Source of the DNA: an uncultured virus (IMG/VR IMGVR_UViG_3300049020_000051)
Taxonomy: Duplodnaviria > Heunggongvirae > Uroviricota > Caudoviricetes
DNA: 64,000 nt
Strand: one strand, 5' to 3'
Virus record (IMG/VR): IMGVR_UViG_3300049020_000051
Shown here in pieces: positions 46,618 to 55,365 of this stretch. The notes beneath the pieces are model-generated. The model saw nothing but the letters and a program-made list of their open reading frames with translations, was not told where the DNA came from and did not search any database. The position numbers and the translations under genes were made by a program. Every line of letters starts with the position of its first letter. The stretch's first letter is position 1.

Positions 46618-47064
46618 ATGTCCACTGCTACCGCTACCCGTTCTCGCGCCGCGGCCAAGGCCGTCAAGCAAGTCACCGCGGCCCTGGCGCCGCCCAAGCT
46701 CGGCGAGATCATCGACCGCATGTTCGACACCCGCGAGAAGAAGCGGAAGCTCGACGGTGATATCGCCAAGTTGGAAGCCGAGCTCAAGGAAGACGAGGAG
46801 CTGCTCCTCGAACGCATGAAGGCCGAGGCCACTGACAAAGCGGCCGGCAAGAAAGCCAGCGCCTCGATCACGATGGGCGTCGTGGCCAACGTCGAGGACT
46901 GGGCCAAGGTCGAAGCCTTCGTCAAGAAGACCGGCAACTTCCAGCTGTTTCAACGCCGCATCTCTGACCCTGCGTTCCGTGAACTCATGGAACGCAGGGG
47001 CGCCGTGCCCGGCATCACCCCGTTCGAGAAACGCAAGCTCAACCTGCGCGTCTTGAGCACCTGA
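46618..47064 (+). CDS. Coiled-coil phage protein (148 aa)
   Basis: AAGGAG RBS; VEDW...LFQRRIS...VPG motif common beside phage SSB genes. Confidence 0.75.
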   Translation: MSTATATRSRAAAKAVKQVTAALAPPKLGEIIDRMFDTREKKRKLDGDIAKLEAELKEDEELLLERMKAEATDKAAGKKASASITMGVVANVEDWAKVEAFVKKTGNFQLFQRRISDPAFRELMERRGAVPGITPFEKRKLNLRVLST

Positions 47065-47077
47065 TCTAACTTAGATC
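47063..47077. promoter_or_regulatory. Perfect palindrome GATCTAACTTAGATC
   Basis: Consensus copy at gene junction. Confidence 0.75.
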
Positions 47078-47100
47078 GCAACCACAACGAAGGAGCCTTC

Positions 47101-47907
47101 ATGGCCACGAAGAAACCCGCCGCTGCCCCCGCGGCCAAGACCGCCGCGAAGCCCTTGAAGGCGACCGTCGAAGCCAAGACCGCCATCGCCGTGCGCAAGC
47201 CCACCGGCGGCGCGATCGTGTCGATCCAGGAGGCCTTGAAGGCCCAGGTCGCCGGCATGAGCGAGCGCACCCAGCCGGCCGGCGGCAACAAGATCAAGCT
47301 GTCCCCGGGCAAGTTCTCGCTGCCGGATGGCACGGAAGCCCAAGGCGAGCTGCAGCTGGTCGTCGTCGACTTCGTGACGGTGCACAAGTTCTACGAGGGC
47401 AAATACGACTCGAAGAACATCGTGCCGCCCGGTTGCTTCGCGATCGGCGTGAACCCCAAGCAGATGACGCCTAGCGCCAACTCGCCCAACCTGCAGAGCG
47501 AGTCCTGCCAGGGCTGCCCCATGAACGAGTTCGGCTCGTCGGGCGAGGGCAAGGCGTGCAAGAACGGCCGCTTGCTGGCCGTGCTGCCGCCGGACGCGGA
47601 CGACAAGACCGACATGTGGCTGTTGGAAGTCAGCCCGACGGCGCTGAAGAACTTCGACGGCTACGTCAACAGCGTTGCACGTCAGTTCCAGATGCCGCCG
47701 GTTGGCGTCATCACCACGGTCTCCCTGGACCCGAACGTGGACTACCCGAAGCTGGTCTTCAGCGACCCGCAGCCCAACAACAACTTGGAGCTCAGCTTCG
47801 CCCGACAAGGCGAAGCCCGCGAGATGTTGAATGTCGAGCCCGACGTGTCGGGCTGGCAGGCCCCGAACACCAAGGGCCGCGCTGCTGCCAAACCCGTGCG
47901 CCGCTGA
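47101..47907 (+). CDS. Putative ssDNA-binding/annealing protein
   Basis: C-x2-CP-x-NEFGS-x3-GKACK motif, replication cluster. Confidence 0.55.
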   Translation: MATKKPAAAPAAKTAAKPLKATVEAKTAIAVRKPTGGAIVSIQEALKAQVAGMSERTQPAGGNKIKLSPGKFSLPDGTEAQGELQLVVVDFVTVHKFYEGKYDSKNIVPPGCFAIGVNPKQMTPSANSPNLQSESCQGCPMNEFGSSGEGKACKNGRLLAVLPPDADDKTDMWLLEVSPTALKNFDGYVNSVARQFQMPPVGVITTVSLDPNVDYPKLVFSDPQPNNNLELSFARQGEAREMLNVEPDVSGWQAPNTKGRAAAKPVRR

Positions 47908-47926
47908 ACGGCGCTGAAAGATTCCC

Positions 47927-48265
47927 ATGTCAGTCCGTCAGTGGCACGTCTCGCAAGCACTCTCATCCGTCGCGCGTCTGAACGAGCTGCTGAACGACCT
48001 GACAGAGGAAGAAGTGCTGGCCTGCCTCCGTCTGGAGGCGGCCAGCTCACGACGAGGGTCGGTGATCAACCGGCTCATTTCCCGAGCAGTTCGAATCAAC
48101 GAGCTCTCATACGCAACTGCACTCAAGGAGCAATTCCATGCCCCGTTTTTCCACCAAGAACCTGACCCCGGCCGAACTGAAGGCGCAACGCAAGGAACTG
48201 GCCGCAAGCCTCAAGGCTCTCAGCGGTTCGGTCAAGCTGAACGGCGCCAACGTCAAGGCCGCTGA
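47927..48265 (+). CDS. Hypothetical protein
   Basis: LTEEEV-x3-L-x2-E...R-x-SV-x2-RL pattern; 3' end overlaps next gene. Confidence 0.5.
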   Translation: MSVRQWHVSQALSSVARLNELLNDLTEEEVLACLRLEAASSRRGSVINRLISRAVRINELSYATALKEQFHAPFFHQEPDPGRTEGATQGTGRKPQGSQRFGQAERRQRQGR

Positions 48266-48542
48266 GAAGGCACACGGCGCGTCCGTTGCCGAGGCCGGCA
48301 AGACCCTCGGCGCCGCACAGAAGCAGCACGCCGCCGCGGTGAAAGTCGCGGACAAGGTCTTCGACGCCGCGACCAAGGCCGCCGGCAAGGAAGCCGCCAA
48401 CCTGCAGAAGCAGGTGGATGCGCACACCGCCAAGCTGGCCCAGATCGACGAGGCCCTGACCCCCACCTCGGCGGCGCAAGCGGAACAACCCCAAGACGTG
48501 AAGAGTGCCGGCCGCAAGACCAAGGTCAGCGCCTCGGTCTAG
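48138..48542 (+). CDS. Ala/Lys-rich helical protein
   Basis: AAGGAG RBS. Confidence 0.7.
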   Translation: MPRFSTKNLTPAELKAQRKELAASLKALSGSVKLNGANVKAAEKAHGASVAEAGKTLGAAQKQHAAAVKVADKVFDAATKAAGKEAANLQKQVDAHTAKLAQIDEALTPTSAAQAEQPQDVKSAGRKTKVSASV

Positions 48543-48627
48543 TATCGGTCTACGGCCGTTCTGCGTTAGACGTGGAGCGGCCGTCGTTTTGGGCGCAGGC
48601 AAAGAGACAACAAAGGAAGAGGAACAT

Positions 48628-49206
48628 ATGAGCGAGGTGATGATCGACTTGGAGACGTTCGGCCTTGGTGCCGATGCGGTGATCATGTCTATCGGCGCGG
48701 TCAAGTTTGACCTGGCCAAAGGAGTAATCGAAGACTCGGCGTTCTACGCCAGCGTTTCCATCGACTCGAACCTGGAGCTCGGACGCAGCATCAGTGAAAG
48801 CACCGTCATTTGGTGGATGGAACAGGCCGCCGAGGCGCAGGCCGTGTTCAAGGAAGAGAAGATCCACCTCCGCGAGGCCCTAGAACAATTCACCGAATGG
48901 CTCGGCCATTCGAAGCACAACGTCTGGGGCAACGGCCCTGCCTTCGACCTTGGCAAGATCGCCCACGCTTACAAACAGTGCGGCTGGGACCATCCCTGGG
49001 AGTTCTACAACGAGCGTTGCGTCCGCACCTACCGCTCGCTCCCCGGCGCCAAGGCGATCCCCAAGGTGACGCCAGCCGTCGCTCATCACGGCATGCACGA
49101 TGCCTATGCGCAGGCCCAGCACATCATCAACATCTACCAAGCGCTGTTCGGCGGCGCGCATACCGCCAAGCCAGCGAAATCTTCCATGGTGAAGGCACAT
49201 GGCTGA
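48628..49206 (+). CDS. DEDDh 3'-5' exonuclease (phage ExoVIII/Rv2179c-like)
   Basis: MIDLET, WGNG-x2-FD, RCVRT, H-x3-HDA. Confidence 0.8.
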   Translation: MSEVMIDLETFGLGADAVIMSIGAVKFDLAKGVIEDSAFYASVSIDSNLELGRSISESTVIWWMEQAAEAQAVFKEEKIHLREALEQFTEWLGHSKHNVWGNGPAFDLGKIAHAYKQCGWDHPWEFYNERCVRTYRSLPGAKAIPKVTPAVAHHGMHDAYAQAQHIINIYQALFGGAHTAKPAKSSMVKAHG

Positions 49207-49519
49207 ACTCCATTACCCCGTCCCACCGCCCAAGGTGGCGCTGCCGAACAACGTCACCGACACGCTCGTCGAGCGCGGCAATCGTTACGGCAATTTTGTC
49301 GACCATGCCGAGGTGACCCAAAGGCTCAAGAACGTCATCGCCAGTGAGCTGGGGCGCCGCGGCAAGTCGCTGGCTGCAGATCAGCAGGAAGCTCTCGACA
49401 TGATCTGCCACAAGATCGGCCGCATCGTGAACGGCGACCCGAACTATTCCGATAGCTGGCACGACATCGCCGGCTATGCCCAACTGGTCGACAAACGGCT
49501 GCAAGGCACGGTGCTCTGA
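49199..49519 (+). CDS. DUF6378-like protein
   Basis: ERG-x-RYG-x-F...KIGRI...DSW-x-DIAGYA. Confidence 0.75.
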   Translation: MAELHYPVPPPKVALPNNVTDTLVERGNRYGNFVDHAEVTQRLKNVIASELGRRGKSLAADQQEALDMICHKIGRIVNGDPNYSDSWHDIAGYAQLVDKRLQGTVL

Positions 49520-49935
49520 TGAGCGGCCCAGAGAACACGTTCATGGCGAGCGTGCACCGGCACCTGCCGCCCGACCTTTACCGCATGAAGACGCACAACC
49601 CGTATATCTCGGGGCCAGCTGACGTCTGGTACAGCGGCAGCAAACGCGACCTCTGGGTTGAGTACAAGTTCTTGGCGGTCCCGAAGAGACCGACGACGGT
49701 CATCGACCTCACTGCCGGCAAAGATCCGGCACTGTCTGTGCTTCAGCAGGACTGGCTCAACGAACGCTACGCCGAAGGCCGCAACGTGTGGGTCATCGTC
49801 GGCTGTAAGGCTGGTGGCGTCTTGCTGAAAGATAAGGACTGGATGCAACCACGCACTGTGGCGAATTTCCAATCCGCCCTACAGACTCGTGCTGAGCTGG
49901 CGACCGCACTGCGATACTTCTTGGAGTCTCCGTGA
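49519..49935 (+). CDS. VRR-NUC-like endonuclease/resolvase
   Basis: E...GPAD...WVEYK...LS-x-LQ-x2-W. Confidence 0.7.
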   Translation: MSGPENTFMASVHRHLPPDLYRMKTHNPYISGPADVWYSGSKRDLWVEYKFLAVPKRPTTVIDLTAGKDPALSVLQQDWLNERYAEGRNVWVIVGCKAGGVLLKDKDWMQPRTVANFQSALQTRAELATALRYFLESP

Positions 49936-50081
49936 ACTTTCAACCACTGTTCACCACAGCTCGCGTCGTCACCGCGGTGTACCGCATCGCGTCGACGATA
50001 ACTCTTCTGAGCTACCTGGCCCGACGTCGTCGGCGTCAGGGACATGAGGTACCTCGCCGCCGTCGTCGCTTGCCGTACTGA
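49932..50081 (+). CDS. 49-aa Arg-rich peptide (not in ORF track)
   Basis: GGAG RBS, GTGA overlap, two R5 runs. Confidence 0.45.
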   Translation: MNFQPLFTTARVVTAVYRIASTITLLSYLARRRRRQGHEVPRRRRRLPY

Positions 50082-50179
50082 GGTCGACGAAAATAGATCC
50101 GACACACATCGAAAGATGTGAGGAGATCGTTTTTACTTTGCCGCCAAACTTTTTACGGCGGCTCACCGGAGACCCTGAG

Positions 50180-50581
50180 ATGAACGGAAGCCACAAGGAC
50201 GGGCTGTACGGCGCTCTCGAAGAAGCGCTTAAGAATTCGGACGAGGCGCTGGACTGCGCAACTCTCTTCGATATGCCCGAAGTGAAGAAGCACGCATCGA
50301 CCGTGAACCGCGTGTCGGATTATTTGGGCAATATGTGGCGTAAGGGTGACGTGGCTCGCGTTCCAGCGCCGCGCCTGGAGGGCACACGTGCCCGTTGGCT
50401 GTACGCCTGGAAGGGCCGCGTTCTAGCGAAGCCCACCCTCGACGAGATACGGAATACCGCGGAGTTCACCTCCGGCAAGGTGAACAAGATTCTAAGCAGG
50501 CCCTCGCTTGAGATCACCGAAGAAGGGCGGTCCGTTGTGATCACGACGGCGAACCTGACGATCACCATCAAACAACGCTGA
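50180..50581 (+). CDS. Putative winged-HTH DNA-binding protein
   Basis: VSDYLGNMWRKG-x-V-x-R...WLY pattern. Confidence 0.5.
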   Translation: MNGSHKDGLYGALEEALKNSDEALDCATLFDMPEVKKHASTVNRVSDYLGNMWRKGDVARVPAPRLEGTRARWLYAWKGRVLAKPTLDEIRNTAEFTSGKVNKILSRPSLEITEEGRSVVITTANLTITIKQR

Positions 50582-50614
50582 GCTGCAGCTATCCTCTGGA
50601 CAGCTCCGCCCAAC

Positions 50615-50629
50615 CGTCTAAGCTAGATC
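50615..50629. promoter_or_regulatory. Operator-like site CGTCTAAGCTAGATC
   Basis: 1 nt before ATG 50631. Confidence 0.65.
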
Positions 50630-50630
50630 T

Positions 50631-50861
50631 ATGGACGACATTAATACGGCCGCGAAGAGCGAAGGGTGGGCACTCGGCACGATGTTCGAGAACGGCACCA
50701 CTAAGCCGCTATGGGAGATCCGCGGCGTGACGATGGCCGATGTTGCAGCCCGCGCGCATGTGCTGGCTCTGGCGAGAAGTAACTCCCGCCTCCATCAACA
50801 GGCTTTGCAGGCGGTGTTCCAGAGCCGCGCTGCACCAGCAGCGAAAAGGAAAGCACGATGA
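50631..50861 (+). CDS. Hypothetical protein
   Basis: 76 aa, ATGA-coupled to ligase. Confidence 0.55.
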   Translation: MDDINTAAKSEGWALGTMFENGTTKPLWEIRGVTMADVAARAHVLALARSNSRLHQQALQAVFQSRAAPAAKRKAR

Positions 50862-51733
50862 AGGACTTCAAGCCGATGTTGGCGGCCAAGACGGCGCCCT
50901 CCCCCATCGTCCTCCCGATCTATTTCTCTCCGAAGCTGGACGGCATCCGCGCCACCGTCGTCGGAGGCCAGCTGATCACTCGCACGAAGAAGCCCGTCCC
51001 CAACAAGTACATCCGGTCGCTGCTCAGCAACCGGAAGTTCGAAGGCATGGACGGTGAGCTGATCGTCGGCTCACCTACGGCGCCGGACTGCTACCGCGTC
51101 TCCAATAGCGGCGTCATGTCCCATAACGGTCAGCCGGACTTCACGTTCTGGGTGTTCGACAGAGTGCCGTTCGATCGACCAGACCTGCAGTTCAAGCAGC
51201 GCTACCAGGCCCTGCGAAGCGAGGACTGGAACCCCGCCGAACGCGCGCGGCTCTTGCCGCAACAGCTGATCGAATCAGCCGATCAACTCGAAGTCGCTGA
51301 GCAGGCAGCCGTCGACGCCGGCTACGAAGGCGGCATAGGTCGCAGTCTCGACGGGCTCTACAAGTTCAACCGCGCAACGCTGGCCGAAGGCTACCTCTGG
51401 AAACTCAAACGCTTCCATGACAGCGAGTGCCAGATCGTGAGCATCGAAGAAGAGATGCACAACACGAACGCGGCCGAGACCAACGAACTGGGACGGACCA
51501 AACGCAGCACGGCCAAAGCCGGCCTGGTCGGTAAGGGCACGATGGGCGCGCTGTGTGTGCGCGACATCTACTCCGGTGTCTCGTTCAAGATCGGCACCGG
51601 CTTCACGGCGGCGCAGCGCGCACAGCCTTGGAAGATCGGTTCGGTCCACAAGTACAAGTTCTTCCCCGTCGGGGTCAAGGACAAGCCCCGGCATCCGGTT
51701 TACATCGGTCCGCGTTCTAAGCTAGATCTATGA
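50858..51733 (+). CDS. ATP-dependent DNA ligase
   Basis: SPKLDGIR, DGEL, VFD, GYEG, KLKR, KIGTGF, PRHP. Confidence 0.9.
   Translation: MKDFKPMLAAKTAPSPIVLPIYFSPKLDGIRATVVGGQLITRTKKPVPNKYIRSLLSNRKFEGMDGELIVGSPTAPDCYRVSNSGVMSHNGQPDFTFWVFDRVPFDRPDLQFKQRYQALRSEDWNPAERARLLPQQLIESADQLEVAEQAAVDAGYEGGIGRSLDGLYKFNRATLAEGYLWKLKRFHDSECQIVSIEEEMHNTNAAETNELGRTKRSTAKAGLVGKGTMGALCVRDIYSGVSFKIGTGFTAAQRAQPWKIGSVHKYKFFPVGVKDKPRHPVYIGPRSKLDL
51714..51728. promoter_or_regulatory. Operator-like site GTTCTAAGCTAGATC
   Basis: 1 nt before ATG 51730; same TCTAAGCTAGATCTATG as 50617. Confidence 0.65.
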
Positions 51734-51987
51734 GCACGCTCAAGATGCTGCGGGAGCTGAAGCGTCAGCTCGAAGTCATCGGATGCAGCTGTGTCGTTGA
51801 CACGAGCGTCAGTCACCCGAAGGTAGTCATCACCCACCCGGACGGCGCGGTTCAGCAGCTCTCGATGGCGTCAAGCCCGAGGGATGAGTCGCATCGGATC
51901 ACCAACGCGATGCAGGAAGTGCGTCGCTTCGCGAGGAAGAACGATGGGAAGCACCCGCTGGGCGCGCAACCGCCGCCTGAAATGTGA
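51730..51987 (+). CDS. HicA-like small protein
   Basis: helix-G-strand-SH-x-K...SSP-x-D pattern. Confidence 0.4.
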   Translation: MSTLKMLRELKRQLEVIGCSCVVDTSVSHPKVVITHPDGAVQQLSMASSPRDESHRITNAMQEVRRFARKNDGKHPLGAQPPPEM

Positions 51988-52147
51988 ATGCGGCGGCTAC
52001 TGGTTCCCCCACCGTCGTGGTGGCGGGGCTTGTGACCACTCGGCCACACGCGACATCCACTTGGCCATTCGGTCGCGCGACCAAGACGCGTTTATCAACG
52101 CGACCTGGGACGCCTCCACCAAGCCTGCAAAGGACTGCCCGTTTTGA
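51944..52147 (+). CDS. Small Cys/His protein
   Basis: CECGGYWFPHRRGGGAC. Confidence 0.55.
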   Translation: MGSTRWARNRRLKCECGGYWFPHRRGGGACDHSATRDIHLAIRSRDQDAFINATWDASTKPAKDCPF

Positions 52148-52326
52148 CTACGCCCGCTCAATTCCGCTACCCGTCACTGGGTGACCCGAAGCCCCGCCCG
52201 AACCAGCGCGTGATGCTGATCAAGGCGGACAACAAGCACGAACCCGGCCTGTGGTCGGACGACTGCAAGGCCTGGTGCGTCCTGCATTCGGCCGAACGCA
52301 AGAAGCCCAAGGAGAACGCACTGTGA
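52144..52326 (+). CDS. Hypothetical protein
   Basis: TTGA-coupled. Confidence 0.5.
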   Translation: MTTPAQFRYPSLGDPKPRPNQRVMLIKADNKHEPGLWSDDCKAWCVLHSAERKKPKENAL

Positions 52327-52574
52327 AGATCTACCAACTGACGAATCCCGAAGACCTCGACGACGAACCCAAATTTGCCGGCGGCCTGAGCGACATCAAG
52401 GCGCTGGCGCGCGCGGTGCCGACGGCTCTGCGTAAGCAGCATGCCGTCCACGAAGCCAACGTGCAGACCGACAAGGCCGGCGTCGTGGCGATGCTCAACG
52501 GCAGCCCGATCATCACGATCTCCCGCACCTTCAGCGTCACCCCGCGTGGCGGCTTGAAGGAAGAGGTCAGCTGA
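52323..52574 (+). CDS. Hypothetical protein
   Basis: AAGGAG RBS, GTG start. Confidence 0.6.
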   Translation: MKIYQLTNPEDLDDEPKFAGGLSDIKALARAVPTALRKQHAVHEANVQTDKAGVVAMLNGSPIITISRTFSVTPRGGLKEEVS

Positions 52575-53068
52575 TGGCCTGGGGCGACTCCTGGGGTCGC
52601 GCTCCCGGCCGCTCACCGAAGGCGGTCGCGGAGGCGTTCTATGCCGGCCGGCCGCACCAGCGCACGAACTGCGGGACGGACGGCCATAGCTACAAGCTGA
52701 GCGGTCTGACAATCGCCTCGCGTGTGTGGCCCGAGCATGAACTGCACGAGATCACCAACGCCCTGAAGGGATTGCCGCATCGACGTTCGCTGGAGTTCAG
52801 CTTTGCTGGCTACCCGACGCCAATGACGTGCCGGCACCTCCGGGCGCTCGGCGTCGACTGCGACACCGATTGGTTCGAGGGCCGCGACGCCCACGGCAAG
52901 TTCATCAAGGTCAAGGTGGCCCTGATGCGTGGTCGGCGCGTCGACCCCAATCGCTTCTACACGCTCGAAGAACTGGCCGAGATGCCGGAGTGGAAGCGTC
53001 CTGTGGAAGAGCCAAGGACACCACGGAACATGACCAAGGCCATGAACCTGGAGCTGAACTTTGGCTGA
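52574..53068 (+). CDS. Hypothetical protein
   Basis: GAGG RBS, TGATG overlap. Confidence 0.6.
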   Translation: MAWGDSWGRAPGRSPKAVAEAFYAGRPHQRTNCGTDGHSYKLSGLTIASRVWPEHELHEITNALKGLPHRRSLEFSFAGYPTPMTCRHLRALGVDCDTDWFEGRDAHGKFIKVKVALMRGRRVDPNRFYTLEELAEMPEWKRPVEEPRTPRNMTKAMNLELNFG

Positions 53069-53402
53069 TGCCAGACCCATCACTCTCGACGTGGTGCCTG
53101 CAGCCAAGCTGTTAGGCATCCACCCTGAGACGCTCAAGAAACAAGCCGCCTCCGGCGAAGTCCCGGGGGCCAAGTGCGGCCGCAAGTGGGTCTTCATCGA
53201 AGCGGACCTCCTCAGTCACATCCGCGCGAAGTACGCGCCCAAGGTCACATTGCCATGCCTGCAAAGAAGCAAGGGCTCTACCAGCGCGAACCCGGCGGCG
53301 TCTGGTACGTCGACATCCATCACGCTGGGCATCGGGTACGTCGCTCAACTGGACAATCTGATTACAAGAAGGCCGAAGCGGTCCGCAACGACATCCTCCT
53401 GA
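53061..53402 (+). CDS. xis: Excisionase-like HTH protein
   Basis: AAKLLGIHPETL-x3-A-x-SGEVPG-x-K-x-GRKWVF; overlaps integrase 5' end. Confidence 0.75.
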   Translation: MADARPITLDVVPAAKLLGIHPETLKKQAASGEVPGAKCGRKWVFIEADLLSHIRAKYAPKVTLPCLQRSKGSTSANPAASGTSTSITLGIGYVAQLDNLITRRPKRSATTSS

Positions 53403-54277
53403 AGCTTCTTCAGCACGTTCCAGTGCTGAACGAACACAGCTGGGGAGAGGCAGTTCTAGAGTGGGCTAAGGCTCGGCCGCGGAGCGCGTCGGATCTGTTG
53501 AGCCTGAAGAAGTTCGCCCGGTATTTTCCAGACTGCGGGCTCAGCACCATCACGCGCGACACCGTGCATGAGGCGCTGAGCTTCTGCAGGACCGACGGCA
53601 CGTACACGCGCTACCGCACGCTGATCGCAGCGATCCTGAACCTAGCCGTGGATAACGGCTGGTTGAAGGAGGCGCCCAAACTCAAGCAACGCGAGAGCAA
53701 GGTGGCCAAGACACGCGACTGGCTCACTCACGAGCAATGGGACAAGCTCTACCTTGAGCTGCCCGAGCACCAGCGCGCGCCGGCCGCCTTCAGTATTGAG
53801 GTGGGCTTGCGCAAAGCTAACACGCTGGGCCTGCAGTGGAAGCAAGTCGATCTCAAACGCCGCGTGGCATGGGTTGAGGCCGAAGACACCAAGGCCGGCA
53901 GAGCGCTCGCGGTGCCGCTCAGCAACAAGGCTGTCGAGATCCTCCAGGCTCTGGTCGGGAAGCACAAGACGTATGTCTTCGTGCATCGCGGCAAGCCGCT
54001 CGGTGACACGAAGACCGCTTTCAAAGCTGCGTGCATCCGTGCGGGGCTCGGCCGGATTGCAAAGCGGCCGAATGGTGAGCTGTACTACGACGGGTTCACC
54101 TGGCATGGCTTCCGCCACACGTGGGCCACCTGGCACGTCCAGAACGGCACGCCGCTCGACGTCCTGCAGAAGCTGGGCGGCTGGGCTGACCTCCGCATGG
54201 TGATGCGCTACGCCCATCACTCCCCTGGCCACTTGGCCTCGTTTGCCAACAACACCAAGAGGACTTCTCATGACTGA
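53255..54277 (+). CDS. int: Tyrosine integrase
   Basis: GLR, TK, HGFRH, LGGW, RYAH catalytic set; N-terminal arm-binding strands. Confidence 0.92.
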   Translation: MPAKKQGLYQREPGGVWYVDIHHAGHRVRRSTGQSDYKKAEAVRNDILLKLLQHVPVLNEHSWGEAVLEWAKARPRSASDLLSLKKFARYFPDCGLSTITRDTVHEALSFCRTDGTYTRYRTLIAAILNLAVDNGWLKEAPKLKQRESKVAKTRDWLTHEQWDKLYLELPEHQRAPAAFSIEVGLRKANTLGLQWKQVDLKRRVAWVEAEDTKAGRALAVPLSNKAVEILQALVGKHKTYVFVHRGKPLGDTKTAFKAACIRAGLGRIAKRPNGELYYDGFTWHGFRHTWATWHVQNGTPLDVLQKLGGWADLRMVMRYAHHSPGHLASFANNTKRTSHD

Positions 54278-54641
54278 CCAACAACGCCGCGAAATCGACA
54301 CTCATTACCGCCGTGTCCACGGCGAGCAAGCGCTGTGCGCTGCGATCCACAACCTCATCGACAACGAGTGCTGGTTCTCCATCACGCCGGAACCGGACGA
54401 CATGTGGCGGATCAACGTGAAGTCGGACTGTGTCGACTTCCTGCCGCCGGGCAAGGACTGGAGCGCCGCGAGTGACGCCGAGCTGCTCGCCTTCGCCGCC
54501 ACTCAACTCCCGGATCAGATCGTCGACTTCAACACCGGCGAAACGATCCTAAGCGACGACGCTGCTATTGACGGTCGCGGCGATGACGGCTTCCGCGTCA
54601 CGACGGTGACTTGGATCTGCTACCCCCGGGACCGGTCATGA
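54270..54641 (+). CDS. Hypothetical protein
   Basis: GAGGA RBS. Confidence 0.6.
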   Translation: MTDQQRREIDTHYRRVHGEQALCAAIHNLIDNECWFSITPEPDDMWRINVKSDCVDFLPPGKDWSAASDAELLAFAATQLPDQIVDFNTGETILSDDAAIDGRGDDGFRVTTVTWICYPRDRS

Positions 54642-55036
54642 ACGACCGGATCACCTCTGTCGAGTCCGGCGTGCCTGAAGCAATCCGCAAGGCAGCCAGG
54701 AACGTCTGTGACTACTTCGCCAACCGCGGCGTGATGGTCTGGCAGCTCGAAGACATGCGCTCGAAGGGGTTCGACGCCAAATTGCCATCGGTTGAGCGCG
54801 ACCTGATGCCCAAACTCGGCGAGACCGTGCTGATCCACCTGGCGAGTCAGGACTCGTGGGTAGAACACTCCGTCGTCGGCTTCTACGCCTGGGGTGACCT
54901 GAAGGGCGACTCAGCGCTCGTGCGTCTCTTCGTCCGGGTCCAGGACAGCCAGGGCTATCTCAACGCCCGGCTGCTGAAGGACGTCCGCCGACTGGACGAG
55001 ACGCCGTTCATCGCATCAAAGAGGGCTGCAGCATGA
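54638..55036 (+). CDS. Hypothetical protein
   Basis: ATGA-coupled. Confidence 0.6.
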   Translation: MNDRITSVESGVPEAIRKAARNVCDYFANRGVMVWQLEDMRSKGFDAKLPSVERDLMPKLGETVLIHLASQDSWVEHSVVGFYAWGDLKGDSALVRLFVRVQDSQGYLNARLLKDVRRLDETPFIASKRAAA

Positions 55037-55365
55037 CCACCGAAAAACCAATCCCCCAGCCTGCACAGACGCACACGCCCGGTCCTTGGCGCGTCGGGAA
55101 TGGCGACACGCGCACCGGCTACACGGTGGTCCTTGGCGACAACGAGCTTTTGGTCGGCGGCTGGGGGCTGCGTTCACTCGCCAATGCCAGCCTGATCGCT
55201 GCCGCGCCAGAGCTGTTTGCCGCCTGTCAGAAGTTCATGGATGGCATCTCAATCCTGAACGACGGCCCAGACGAAAGCGATGTTGCACACGCGCAAAACC
55301 AGCTGGTTGAGTCCTTCAAGTTGGCCCGTGCCGCAATCAACAAGGTCACAGGAGCTCAAGCATGA
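55033..55365 (+). CDS. Phage protein with HTPGPW...ANA-x-LIAAAPEL motif
   Basis: Common phage early-region family. Confidence 0.7.
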   Translation: MTTEKPIPQPAQTHTPGPWRVGNGDTRTGYTVVLGDNELLVGGWGLRSLANASLIAAAPELFAACQKFMDGISILNDGPDESDVAHAQNQLVESFKLARAAINKVTGAQA

